From: Nonlabens ponticola
GTDB lineage: Bacteria > Bacteroidota > Bacteroidia > Flavobacteriales > Flavobacteriaceae
Direction: 5' to 3'
NCBI RefSeq assembly: GCF_003966335.1
Contig: NZ_CP034549.1
Location: 1,530,001 to 1,562,000, forward strand
Length of the DNA: 32,000 bases
Shown in pieces: positions 25,069 through 32,000 of the stretch. How positions within the stretch are numbered: position 1 is the first letter of the stretch; every line of letters starts with the position of its first letter. The position numbers were made by a program, and so were the translations under genes. The notes beneath the pieces are model-generated. The model had not been told where the DNA came from. It saw only the letters and a program-made list of their open reading frames with translations, and did not search any database.

Positions 25069-25406
25069 GATTTTTTGGTTTTAGGTGTGGTAACAATGTT
25101 TACTGCGTTCTTTAGGTCTTCCCAGGTTCCAGACAATTCTGTCAAAAAAATACGTCCAGTCTCGGTGAGGCCGTAATATTTTCTAGGCGGTCCGCTGGTA
25201 CTTTCTTCCCACCTGTAACCTAGTAGTCCAGCATTTTTAAGTCTGGTAAGCAATGGGTATATGGTACCTTCTACGACCAGCAACTTAGCGTCTTTGAGCT
25301 TCTCTAGAATCTCTGCCACATAAGCATCTTCTTCCTTGAGGATGGATAGGATGCAGTACTCGAGCACGCCTTTGCGCATTTGCGCTTTTGTGTTTTCTAT
25401 CTTCAT
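25065..25406 (-). CDS. PadR family transcriptional regulator
   Basis: Winged-helix pattern VLEYCILSIL...EGTIYPLLTRLKNAGLL...YYGLTETG. 113 aa. Confidence 0.9.
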   Translation of the reverse strand: MKIENTKAQMRKGVLEYCILSILKEEDAYVAEILEKLKDAKLLVVEGTIYPLLTRLKNAGLLGYRWEESTSGPPRKYYGLTETGRIFLTELSGTWEDLKNAVNIVTTPKTKKS

Positions 25407-25407
25407 C

Positions 25408-25905
25408 TTATATGTTTTTATAATCTTCCTGAGCGGTGTCTTCTCTCAAGAAATTGATCGTTAATGGATAGCGGTAAATCTCGCCCTCATGAGCTCTAAT
25501 AGCTGCTTTAACTGTACAGAACAAATCCACAACAGCAAGTGCAAAAATGATCGTTCCCGCAATGATACCGCTAGCTACAATAGTTGAGAAGGTTCCTAAA
25601 TCCTGTGCAAAAGGAAAATCATTACCGTCCATGTGTTCCCATAGAGTAGGACCGCCAGAAATCATGCTTCCTATAATCACGCCACCACCTATGAAAGCGA
25701 GGATGACTGTGTATAAGGTAATGCTCAACTGGAAGTTGATCGCCTGTTTTCCATGCGTATCAATAAAGGATGATTTTTTAGAATGAATCATCCATAAGAG
25801 AATGGGTAGTATAAAATTCCCAAGTGGTATGAGCCATTTGCCAAAAGTGAGCAAATGGATCCCAGCGGCGATATTAAGATGATTTGAAGATGGTAAATTT
25901 TCCAT
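25408..25905 (-). CDS. DUF4870-like small membrane protein
   Basis: Four TM helices with ...ILPILLWMIHSKKSSFIDTHGKQAINFQLS..., typical of DUF4870. Its stop is 1 nt from the PadR ATG. Confidence 0.6.
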   Translation of the reverse strand: MENLPSSNHLNIAAGIHLLTFGKWLIPLGNFILPILLWMIHSKKSSFIDTHGKQAINFQLSITLYTVILAFIGGGVIIGSMISGGPTLWEHMDGNDFPFAQDLGTFSTIVASGIIAGTIIFALAVVDLFCTVKAAIRAHEGEIYRYPLTINFLREDTAQEDYKNI

Positions 25906-25924
25906 GACCTATTATTTTCTTATG

Positions 25925-25932
25925 CAAATATA
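25925..25932 (-). promoter_or_regulatory. Candidate -7 promoter box (TATATTTG) for the DUF4870-PadR-PspC operon
   Basis: Matches TAnnTTTG 20 nt upstream of the ATG at 25905. TTATGCAA occurs twice nearby, starting at 25920 and 25960. Confidence 0.35.
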
Positions 25933-26004
25933 TGTCTAAAAGATAGTATTATGCAATACAAAGTACCATATATTTTTGAAAAGAAGTTTGATTTTGAGGA
26001 GTAC

Positions 26005-26018
26005 GCTTTCGCGAAAGC
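26005..26018. repeat. Copy 8 of the palindrome, the full 20-bp perfect form TACGCTTTCGCGAAAGCGTA (26002-26021)
   Basis: Read directly. It lies in the 303-bp divergent intergenic region. Confidence 0.95.
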
Positions 26019-26208
26019 GTAACAATAGCAAGCCTTTTAACAAGAAATGAGCCCATGAAAAAAGTTATACTTTCTTCTAACGATTTTTTAGTATTATCCA
26101 GATATGAGAGATTTTGACTACAATTCGAAGTAATAAGTCAATCTCCAAATGCTATAAATAGATTAAAGATGTGTTCACGTATCTTCGTGCTTAATACAAA
26201 TTACCATC

Positions 26209-26661
26209 ATGATTTCAGCCTCTAAGATCAATACGTTTACCTTTTTTAAATTACCTAGTTGTTGGTGGTCTGGTGTACGAGCTATCCGTATTAGTGAGAA
26301 AGCTTGCGAGGTAAGCGTTAAGCACCGCTGGTTCAATCAAAACCCTTTTAATAGTATGTACTTTGCCGTGCAAGCAATGGCTGCGGAGCTTTCCACAGGC
26401 GCATTAGTAATGTCTTACATCAAGGAATCAAATGCTCGTGTATCGATGCTCGTGGCAAACAATGAGGCGACATTTACTAAAAAAGCTACCGGTCGCATCA
26501 CTTTTACATGTGACGATGGATTAGCTATAAAAGAGGCGATAGAAGCAACTGTTGCTACTGGCGATGGTCAAACCGTATGGATGGAAGCTACTGGGGTCAA
26601 TCAAGATGGCGTACAAGTGAGTAAGTTCAGGTTTGAATGGACGGTAAAGAAAAAGGGCTAG
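26209..26661 (+). CDS. DUF4442-like hot-dog fold protein (possible acyl-CoA thioesterase)
   Basis: 150 aa. ...NPFNSMYFAVQAMAAELSTG... resembles DUF4442/PaaI-like proteins. It lies directly upstream of menC. Confidence 0.5.
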   Translation: MISASKINTFTFFKLPSCWWSGVRAIRISEKACEVSVKHRWFNQNPFNSMYFAVQAMAAELSTGALVMSYIKESNARVSMLVANNEATFTKKATGRITFTCDDGLAIKEAIEATVATGDGQTVWMEATGVNQDGVQVSKFRFEWTVKKKG

Positions 26662-26723
26662 TTGCATACAATTTGCCATTATTCTAACATCTCGCGGCAG
26701 TCACAGCAGTTATCTTGCTGGTC

Positions 26724-27803
26724 ATGAAGGCAACTTTTCACAAATACAATTTGGAATTTAAGCAACCTGCAGGAACCTCTCGCGGCGTCTTAAAAACGAA
26801 AGACACCTACTTTCTTGTCATTGATAACGGTGACGAGAAAGGAATAGGTGAGTGTAATCTTTTTAAAGGTTTGTCATACGATGACCGTCCAGATTATAAG
26901 CAAAAGCTACAATGGACCTGCGATAATATCGGGATGAAACCTAGCGAGATGCTCGATGAATTAGTTGAATGGCCGTCGATACGCTTTGGGTATGAGATGG
27001 CGATGAAATCTTTGCAATCTGCCACACCATATGAATTATTCCCGTCGCCATTCACGCAAGGTGAGGATTTTATCCCTATTAATGGACTGGTCTGGATGGG
27101 CGATGAGCAATTCATGCAACAACAGCTTGAGGATAAACTAGCGGCTGGATTTGATTGTATAAAAATGAAGATAGGAGCCATTGATTTTGAAGCAGAAATG
27201 AAACTGCTCAAATCCATCAGGTCAAGATTTAGCAAGAATGAAGTCACGATTAGAGTAGATGCTAACGGCGCGTTCCAACCAGACGAGGCGCTTGAGAAAC
27301 TGGAACAACTTGCAGCTTACGACATTCATAGTATCGAGCAACCCATTAAACAAGGTCAATGGCAGGAGATGGCTAGGCTTTGCGAGCAGACTCCAGTTGA
27401 TATTGCGCTCGACGAGGAGCTCATAGGAATTAACTACATGGATAAAATGGAAAATTGCCTTGAGACGATCAAACCTCAATACATCATCTTGAAACCAGCA
27501 CTAGTTGGCGGATTTATGAGTTCCAGACAATGGATCAATCTTGCTACAGAGAAAAACATAGGTTGGTGGATCACCAGCGCACTAGAATCTAATGTAGGCC
27601 TAAATGCCATTGCGCAATTTACCTATACGCTGGGTGTCAAGCGGCCACAAGGACTGGGAACTGGTGGTTTGTTTGTCAATAATATTGATGCTCCATTAGA
27701 GATCATAAACGGATCTCTTACTTGTAACACGAGTAAGGAATGGGCTACTAACCTTTTAAAAAAGATAGATGTTCATAAAAAGAGCGGCAAATGCGCAAAA
27801 TGA
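26724..27803 (+). CDS. menC: o-Succinylbenzoate synthase (enolase superfamily)
   Basis: Enolase-superfamily catalytic pattern: CIKMKIG, RVDANGAF, SIEQP, ALDEEL and ILKPALVGG. Sits next to menE. ATG at 26724 (TTG at 26715). Confidence 0.8.
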   Translation: MKATFHKYNLEFKQPAGTSRGVLKTKDTYFLVIDNGDEKGIGECNLFKGLSYDDRPDYKQKLQWTCDNIGMKPSEMLDELVEWPSIRFGYEMAMKSLQSATPYELFPSPFTQGEDFIPINGLVWMGDEQFMQQQLEDKLAAGFDCIKMKIGAIDFEAEMKLLKSIRSRFSKNEVTIRVDANGAFQPDEALEKLEQLAAYDIHSIEQPIKQGQWQEMARLCEQTPVDIALDEELIGINYMDKMENCLETIKPQYIILKPALVGGFMSSRQWINLATEKNIGWWITSALESNVGLNAIAQFTYTLGVKRPQGLGTGGLFVNNIDAPLEIINGSLTCNTSKEWATNLLKKIDVHKKSGKCAK

Positions 27804-28731
27804 GTCATGGCGCTGGATACTTGGTTTTATAGCCATATTTGTAGGCTGCCAAGTTTTTGGTGCCTTTCCTTTTGTTTTAGCCTTGATTGTGAAAACTATT
27901 CAAGATGGAGGAAACTCTATGATGTTAGATGAAAGCAGTATGATGCAAGTATTCTCTCCTAACACTACATTGTTTCTACTTATGTTGACCTTTGTAATAG
28001 GTACCATCGTTTGGTATTTGTGGATCAAATATGTACATAAACTTAATTGGCATGAAGCAACGACTTCGCGATCTAAGTTTGACTGGAGTCGCGCATGGTT
28101 TGCATTTGCTGTGGTAGGAATTGTTTCAATAGTATTAACAGCTGTTGGCTATTATCTAGAACCTGAGATTTTCATATGGAATTATCAGCCAGATAAATTC
28201 TGGATTCTTGTCATCATTGCGGTAGCGTTGGTTCCTATTCAAACTACTTGGGAAGAACTGTATTTCAGATCCTACATGATGCAAGGATTAGGACTTATGG
28301 CAGGAAACAGAGCTGTACCCTACATTGTGACTTCAGTCATATTTGGAATGATGCATATTTTCAATCCAGAGGTAGCAAAACTGGGCTACGTGGTGATGTT
28401 TTGGTATGTTGGTACAGGATTCTTACTTGGAACATTCACGCTAATGGATGAAGGAACGGAGCTGGCCATAGGATTTCACGCGGCAAATAATCTTTTCATC
28501 GCATTGCTAGTCACCGCTGACTGGACAGCTTTTCAAACAGATTCCTTGCTTATTGACATCAGCGATCCAGAGGCTACTTTCACGACATTTTTACCTTTAT
28601 TGATGTATTATCCGTTATTGATTTTGTTATTTAGCTGGAAGTATAAATGGAGCAATTGGAAAGAACGATTGCTAGGGCCAGTTCATTTAGACAAGCCTGT
28701 TGAAGATCCAGAATTTGAACAATTAAACTAA
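27769..28731 (+). CDS. CPBP family intramembrane glutamic endopeptidase (CAAX protease-like)
   Basis: Motifs EELYFRS, FGMMH and FHAANN in TM helices. It overlaps the menC 3' end by 35 nt, so the start is uncertain. Confidence 0.8.
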   Translation: MFIKRAANAQNESWRWILGFIAIFVGCQVFGAFPFVLALIVKTIQDGGNSMMLDESSMMQVFSPNTTLFLLMLTFVIGTIVWYLWIKYVHKLNWHEATTSRSKFDWSRAWFAFAVVGIVSIVLTAVGYYLEPEIFIWNYQPDKFWILVIIAVALVPIQTTWEELYFRSYMMQGLGLMAGNRAVPYIVTSVIFGMMHIFNPEVAKLGYVVMFWYVGTGFLLGTFTLMDEGTELAIGFHAANNLFIALLVTADWTAFQTDSLLIDISDPEATFTTFLPLLMYYPLLILLFSWKYKWSNWKERLLGPVHLDKPVEDPEFEQLN

Positions 28732-28738
28732 TTATTAC

Positions 28739-29785
28739 ATGATACCAAAGGTTCATCCTACATTTAAATTAAACGGTAAATCGCTTGACCACAATGGTCT
28801 TATGACCGTTGCCTACAGCTATGTAAAAGAAGGTGAGTTATGGGAAAAACAAGTAGGTGATTTTATTCTCAACTGGCTGGATGATTTTGACTTTCATACC
28901 GTATATACCAGCGGTTCCACAGGAACACCCAAGGAAACAAGACTCGACAAGCAGCACATGATTAATAGTGCACAACTCACAGGTGAGCGATTCAATCTTG
29001 CTGCTGAAAGTGATGTGTTATGCTGTTTACCATTAAGCTATATCGCTGGTAAAATGATGATGGTACGAGCCATACATCTAGGATGGCATCTAGATCTCGT
29101 GCAGCCACAACGTGAGCCGCTGGAACATGTGGAAAAGCGCTACGATTTCACCGCTCTGACAGCATATCAGGCAAAGCACTCGATCGATTACCTATACAAG
29201 AGCCGCAAAACTATCATAGGTGGTGGCCCAGTAGATGATTTATTAATTAAAGCGTTGAATGGACGTCACACAAGAGCCTATCATACTTATGGAATGACCG
29301 AGACGTGCACTCACGTAGGTATCAAAGAATTGTACCCTAACAAGGAAGATCATTTTACCACCTTACCCAACATCAAGGTAGCTGCCAGCGACGATGGCTG
29401 TCTAATTGTTCACGCACCAGAGCTTGCCAGCGATCCTGTCCATACAAATGATCTGGTAGAGATTATTGATGAGCACTCTTTCAAAATTTTAGGTAGAGCA
29501 GACGATGTCATCATTACCGGTGGCGTCAAGGTGCATCCTGATGTGGTAGAAAACAAACTGTCCGCCATCATCGACCAGCGTTTCTTTATAGCTGGTTTAC
29601 CCGACAATGACTTAGGAAATGAGGTTGTGTTAATTGTAGAAGGGCAGGAACAGGATTACGCTTTCGCGAAAGCTAAACTAGACAAATACGAGAAACCACG
29701 ACAGGTTTTATTTGCAAACAAATTTACCGAGACCCATACAGGTAAAATTGATAAAATCGCAGTCTTGAAGTCGGTAACCGCTTAA
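28739..29785 (+). CDS. menE: o-Succinylbenzoate-CoA ligase (short bacteroidete form)
   Basis: AMP-binding motifs YTSGSTGTPKE, YGMTET and GRADDVIITGGVKVHP. Sits next to menC. Confidence 0.8.
   Translation: MIPKVHPTFKLNGKSLDHNGLMTVAYSYVKEGELWEKQVGDFILNWLDDFDFHTVYTSGSTGTPKETRLDKQHMINSAQLTGERFNLAAESDVLCCLPLSYIAGKMMMVRAIHLGWHLDLVQPQREPLEHVEKRYDFTALTAYQAKHSIDYLYKSRKTIIGGGPVDDLLIKALNGRHTRAYHTYGMTETCTHVGIKELYPNKEDHFTTLPNIKVAASDDGCLIVHAPELASDPVHTNDLVEIIDEHSFKILGRADDVIITGGVKVHPDVVENKLSAIIDQRFFIAGLPDNDLGNEVVLIVEGQEQDYAFAKAKLDKYEKPRQVLFANKFTETHTGKIDKIAVLKSVTA
29660..29673. repeat. Copy 9 of the GCTTTCGCGAAAGC palindrome, in frame (Y-A-F-A-K-A-K) inside menE
   Basis: Read directly: tac gct ttc gcg aaa gct aaa. 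Confidence 0.95.
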
Positions 29786-29809
29786 TTTGAGAGAATAAGG
29801 AATAGCTAA

Positions 29810-30277
29810 TTATTTGCTTTCTAGCTCCTGTGCTATAACATCGGTAGCGCGATCTAGCATGGTATAGACATTTTGAAAGCCTTGTTCACCACCATAGTAA
29901 GGATCGGGAACATCCAGGTTTTCACCAGGAAAAGCCTGCTCTAATATTTTGTGCACCTTCTGCTTTTGTTCATCATTATGAGCTAATGCAACTACATCGT
30001 CATAATTGGATTGATCCATCACAAAAATGTGATCAAAATCCTCAAAATCGTTTTTGGTAAACTTTCTACTGCGTTGGCTAGAGATATCAATATCATGTTT
30101 GCGTGCAACGTCAATTGATCTTTTATCTGGAGCTTCACCCTTATGACCACCACTGGTACCAGCGCTGTCCACCGTGTACTTGGTGAAATTGAGTTTGCGT
30201 CGCATTAATCCTTCGGCGAGTGGTGAGCGACAAATGTTGCCCAAACATACCATTAGGATTCCTGTTTTATCAGCCAT
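29810..30277 (-). CDS. Low-molecular-weight protein-tyrosine phosphatase
   Basis: CLGNICRSP (CX5R P-loop) and the DPYYG acid loop. 155 aa. Confidence 0.9.
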   Translation of the reverse strand: MADKTGILMVCLGNICRSPLAEGLMRRKLNFTKYTVDSAGTSGGHKGEAPDKRSIDVARKHDIDISSQRSRKFTKNDFEDFDHIFVMDQSNYDDVVALAHNDEQKQKVHKILEQAFPGENLDVPDPYYGGEQGFQNVYTMLDRATDVIAQELESK

Positions 30278-30279
30278 GT

Positions 30280-31707
30280 CTAGTTAGACAGTTTTTTACG
30301 CAGGTCTTCTACGTACTTATTGAATTGTTTATCTGTACTGGCAAGATTATCAACCGTTTTACAAGCGTGTAACACGGTAGCGTGATCGCGTTTTCCTATT
30401 TGAGAACCTATGCTTGCAAGTGAAGCTTTGGTCATTTTTTTGGAAAAGTACATAGCTAGTTGTCTTGCTTGTACAATATGACGCTTTCTAGTTTTAGATT
30501 GCAACGTCTCCACATCCATCTGGAAGTAATCACTTACCACTTTCTGGATTTGATCAATACTTATTTCACGCTTGGTATTCTTAACGTAGTTCTCAACTAT
30601 TTTTTTAGCTAGTTCTATCGTGATTTCCTTGCGGTTAAAAGAAGAGTGAGCAATCAACGAAATGATAGCACCTTCCAACTCACGTATGTTAGTCTTGATG
30701 TTATCTGCAAGGTAGTTGATGATGTCCTCATCCATTTCTACACCGTCGCGGTATAGTTTGTTCTTGATGATGGATACACGAGTTTCATAATCAGGATGGT
30801 TAAGCTCTGCACTTAAACCCCATTTAAAACGTGACAATAGGCGCTGCTCTATATCTTGCATGTCCACTGGCTTCTTATCGCTAGTAAGAATTACCTGCTT
30901 GCCATTTTGATGCAAGTGATTGAATATGTGGAAGAAGACGTCTTGCGTTCCTGCCTTACCAGCAAAAAACTGTATGTCATCCACGATCAACACATCGACG
31001 ATCTGATAGAAGTGAATAAAATCATTTCTGTTATTCTTACGTACAGACTCTATAAACTGCTGTGTAAATTTCTCTGCACTTATATATAAGACTGTCTTGT
31101 CAGGATAGTTTTCCTTGATGCCTACACCTATGGCATGAGCAAGGTGTGTCTTACCCAATCCTACACCACCAAATATCAATAACGGATTAAAAGAAGTACC
31201 ACCTGGCTTATTGGCTACGGCCATACCTGCGCTACGAGCTAATCTATTTGAATCACCTTCTAGAAAGCTATCAAAATTATACGATGGATTAAGTTGTGAC
31301 TCAATCTTTACATTACGTATTCCAGGAATCACAAATGGGTTCTTGAGCTCTGGACTTTTACTGCGCACTGGCGCATCTACTGATTGTGAATTTTTGATCG
31401 CACGATTGCTACTAGGAATCTTTTCGGTAAATGGTTCCATGCCTTTTAGGGCATTTTCCATTTTAATCGCATAGATCAATTTTGCACCTTCACCTAGCTC
31501 TTTTGTAAGGGCCGTCTTTAATAATTTGATGTAGTGCTCTTCTAACCATTCATAGAAAAAACGGCTAGGTACCTGAATACTTAAAGCGGTATCAGTAAGC
31601 TTAACGGCTTTAATAGGAGCAAACCATGTTCTATATGCTTGCGGGTTTATATTGTCCTTTATAAACGTGAGACAATTTTCCCATACCGATTCTGCCGTCG
31701 ATGCCAT
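30280..31707 (-). CDS. dnaA: Chromosomal replication initiator protein DnaA
   Basis: Walker A GGVGLGKTHL, Walker B LIVDDIQF and the C-terminal DNA-binding signature ...IGKRDHATVLHACK.... Confidence 0.97.
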   Translation of the reverse strand: MASTAESVWENCLTFIKDNINPQAYRTWFAPIKAVKLTDTALSIQVPSRFFYEWLEEHYIKLLKTALTKELGEGAKLIYAIKMENALKGMEPFTEKIPSSNRAIKNSQSVDAPVRSKSPELKNPFVIPGIRNVKIESQLNPSYNFDSFLEGDSNRLARSAGMAVANKPGGTSFNPLLIFGGVGLGKTHLAHAIGVGIKENYPDKTVLYISAEKFTQQFIESVRKNNRNDFIHFYQIVDVLIVDDIQFFAGKAGTQDVFFHIFNHLHQNGKQVILTSDKKPVDMQDIEQRLLSRFKWGLSAELNHPDYETRVSIIKNKLYRDGVEMDEDIINYLADNIKTNIRELEGAIISLIAHSSFNRKEITIELAKKIVENYVKNTKREISIDQIQKVVSDYFQMDVETLQSKTRKRHIVQARQLAMYFSKKMTKASLASIGSQIGKRDHATVLHACKTVDNLASTDKQFNKYVEDLRKKLSN

Positions 31708-31791
31708 AAAATCTTTTTTTCGTGGTTAGATTTGACCATCAAGAATAGAAAACGACACTATAAAAATGCCCTCTCGATGATGACGCAAATA

Positions 31792-31800
31792 TGTGTATAA
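31792..31800 (-). promoter_or_regulatory. Single relaxed-consensus DnaA box (TTATACACA) upstream of dnaA
   Basis: The reverse complement of tgtgtataa fits TTATNCACA and lies 85-93 nt upstream of the dnaA ATG. I saw no cluster of boxes. Confidence 0.3.
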
Positions 31801-31897
31801 AAAAGCTCAAAAAAAACCGAAATTGGGTTTGATTTTTTACAAATTTAATTGCATGCAGGATAGAAGTCGAACTACCTAATTTTAATCCTTAAATTCT

Positions 31898-32000
31898 ATG
31901 AAAACATCGTACATCGATATACTGCCTAGGTATTCAGAAACAGATCAAATGGGCATAGTTCATCATTCTAACTATTTGATATACATGGAACAAGCTAGAC
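31898..32000 (+). CDS. Acyl-CoA thioesterase (4HBT/YbgC-like), N-terminal fragment (3' end lies outside the window)
   Basis: MKTSYIDILPRYSETDQMGIVHHSNYLIYMEQAR matches the R-x-x-ETD-x-MG-x-V-x-H-x-NY start typical of 4HBT thioesterases. Confidence 0.6.
   Translation, partial: MKTSYIDILPRYSETDQMGIVHHSNYLIYMEQAR

Noticed and set aside
26055-26117. 20-codon sORF (MKKVILSSNDFLVLSRYERF) in the 303-bp divergent region upstream of the men block, considered as a possible leader peptide.
   Set aside because: It is too short and has no supporting signal, such as a terminator/antiterminator pair or a regulatory codon run.
31708-31897. oriC placed immediately upstream of dnaA.
   Set aside because: Only one relaxed DnaA box was found and no repeated 9-mers. 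This is kept as a low-interest finding rather than an annotated origin.
1-32000. CRISPR arrays, tRNA or rRNA genes, transposases, integrases and prophage genes.
   Set aside because: None seen. There are no regularly spaced direct repeats and no cloverleaf-like intergenic sequences. All intergenic regions are at most about 300 bp and are accounted for.

Overview
AT-rich chromosomal segment that looks like a Flavobacteriaceae (Bacteroidota) genome. Support for this: many lipoprotein or signal-peptide starts, TAnnTTTG-type -7 boxes, no obvious Shine-Dalgarno sequences, mutL followed by two rhomboid genes, and a PadR-PspC cluster. The window ends at dnaA. I support about 38 protein-coding genes and found no rRNA, tRNA, CRISPR array, transposase or integrase.

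Gene content, left to right:
- mutL 3' end and two rhomboid proteases.
- A minus-strand RDD / TRIC-channel / lipoprotein operon, placed head-to-head with a tightly coupled six-gene operon (SpoIIM-like, membrane protein, DUF4129, DUF4350, MoxR AAA+ ATPase, DUF58).
- DUF4197 and other lipoproteins.
- A peroxiredoxin-thioredoxin operon.
- Patatin, MBL hydrolase and a PQQ-type sugar dehydrogenase.
- A PIN/antitoxin pair.
- NhaC, a cupin and trxB.
- An orphan secreted protein.
- A DUF4870 / PadR / PspC / DUF2807 envelope-stress-like module.
- A menaquinone block (hot-dog protein, menC, CPBP protease, menE).
- LMW-PTP, dnaA and the start of a thioesterase.

Two things stand out:
1. A dispersed, perfectly palindromic 14-bp core, GCTTTCGCGAAAGC, with 20-22 bp consensus TTACGCTTTCGCGAAAGCGTAA. 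It is present nine times, both between genes and in frame inside genes. In frame it reads A-F-A-K-A in either orientation, and it supplies the predicted signal-peptidase site of two unrelated secreted proteins.
2. The conserved but functionally unassigned membrane-associated MoxR/DUF58 gene cluster.

All family calls come from motif recognition by eye. No searches were run.
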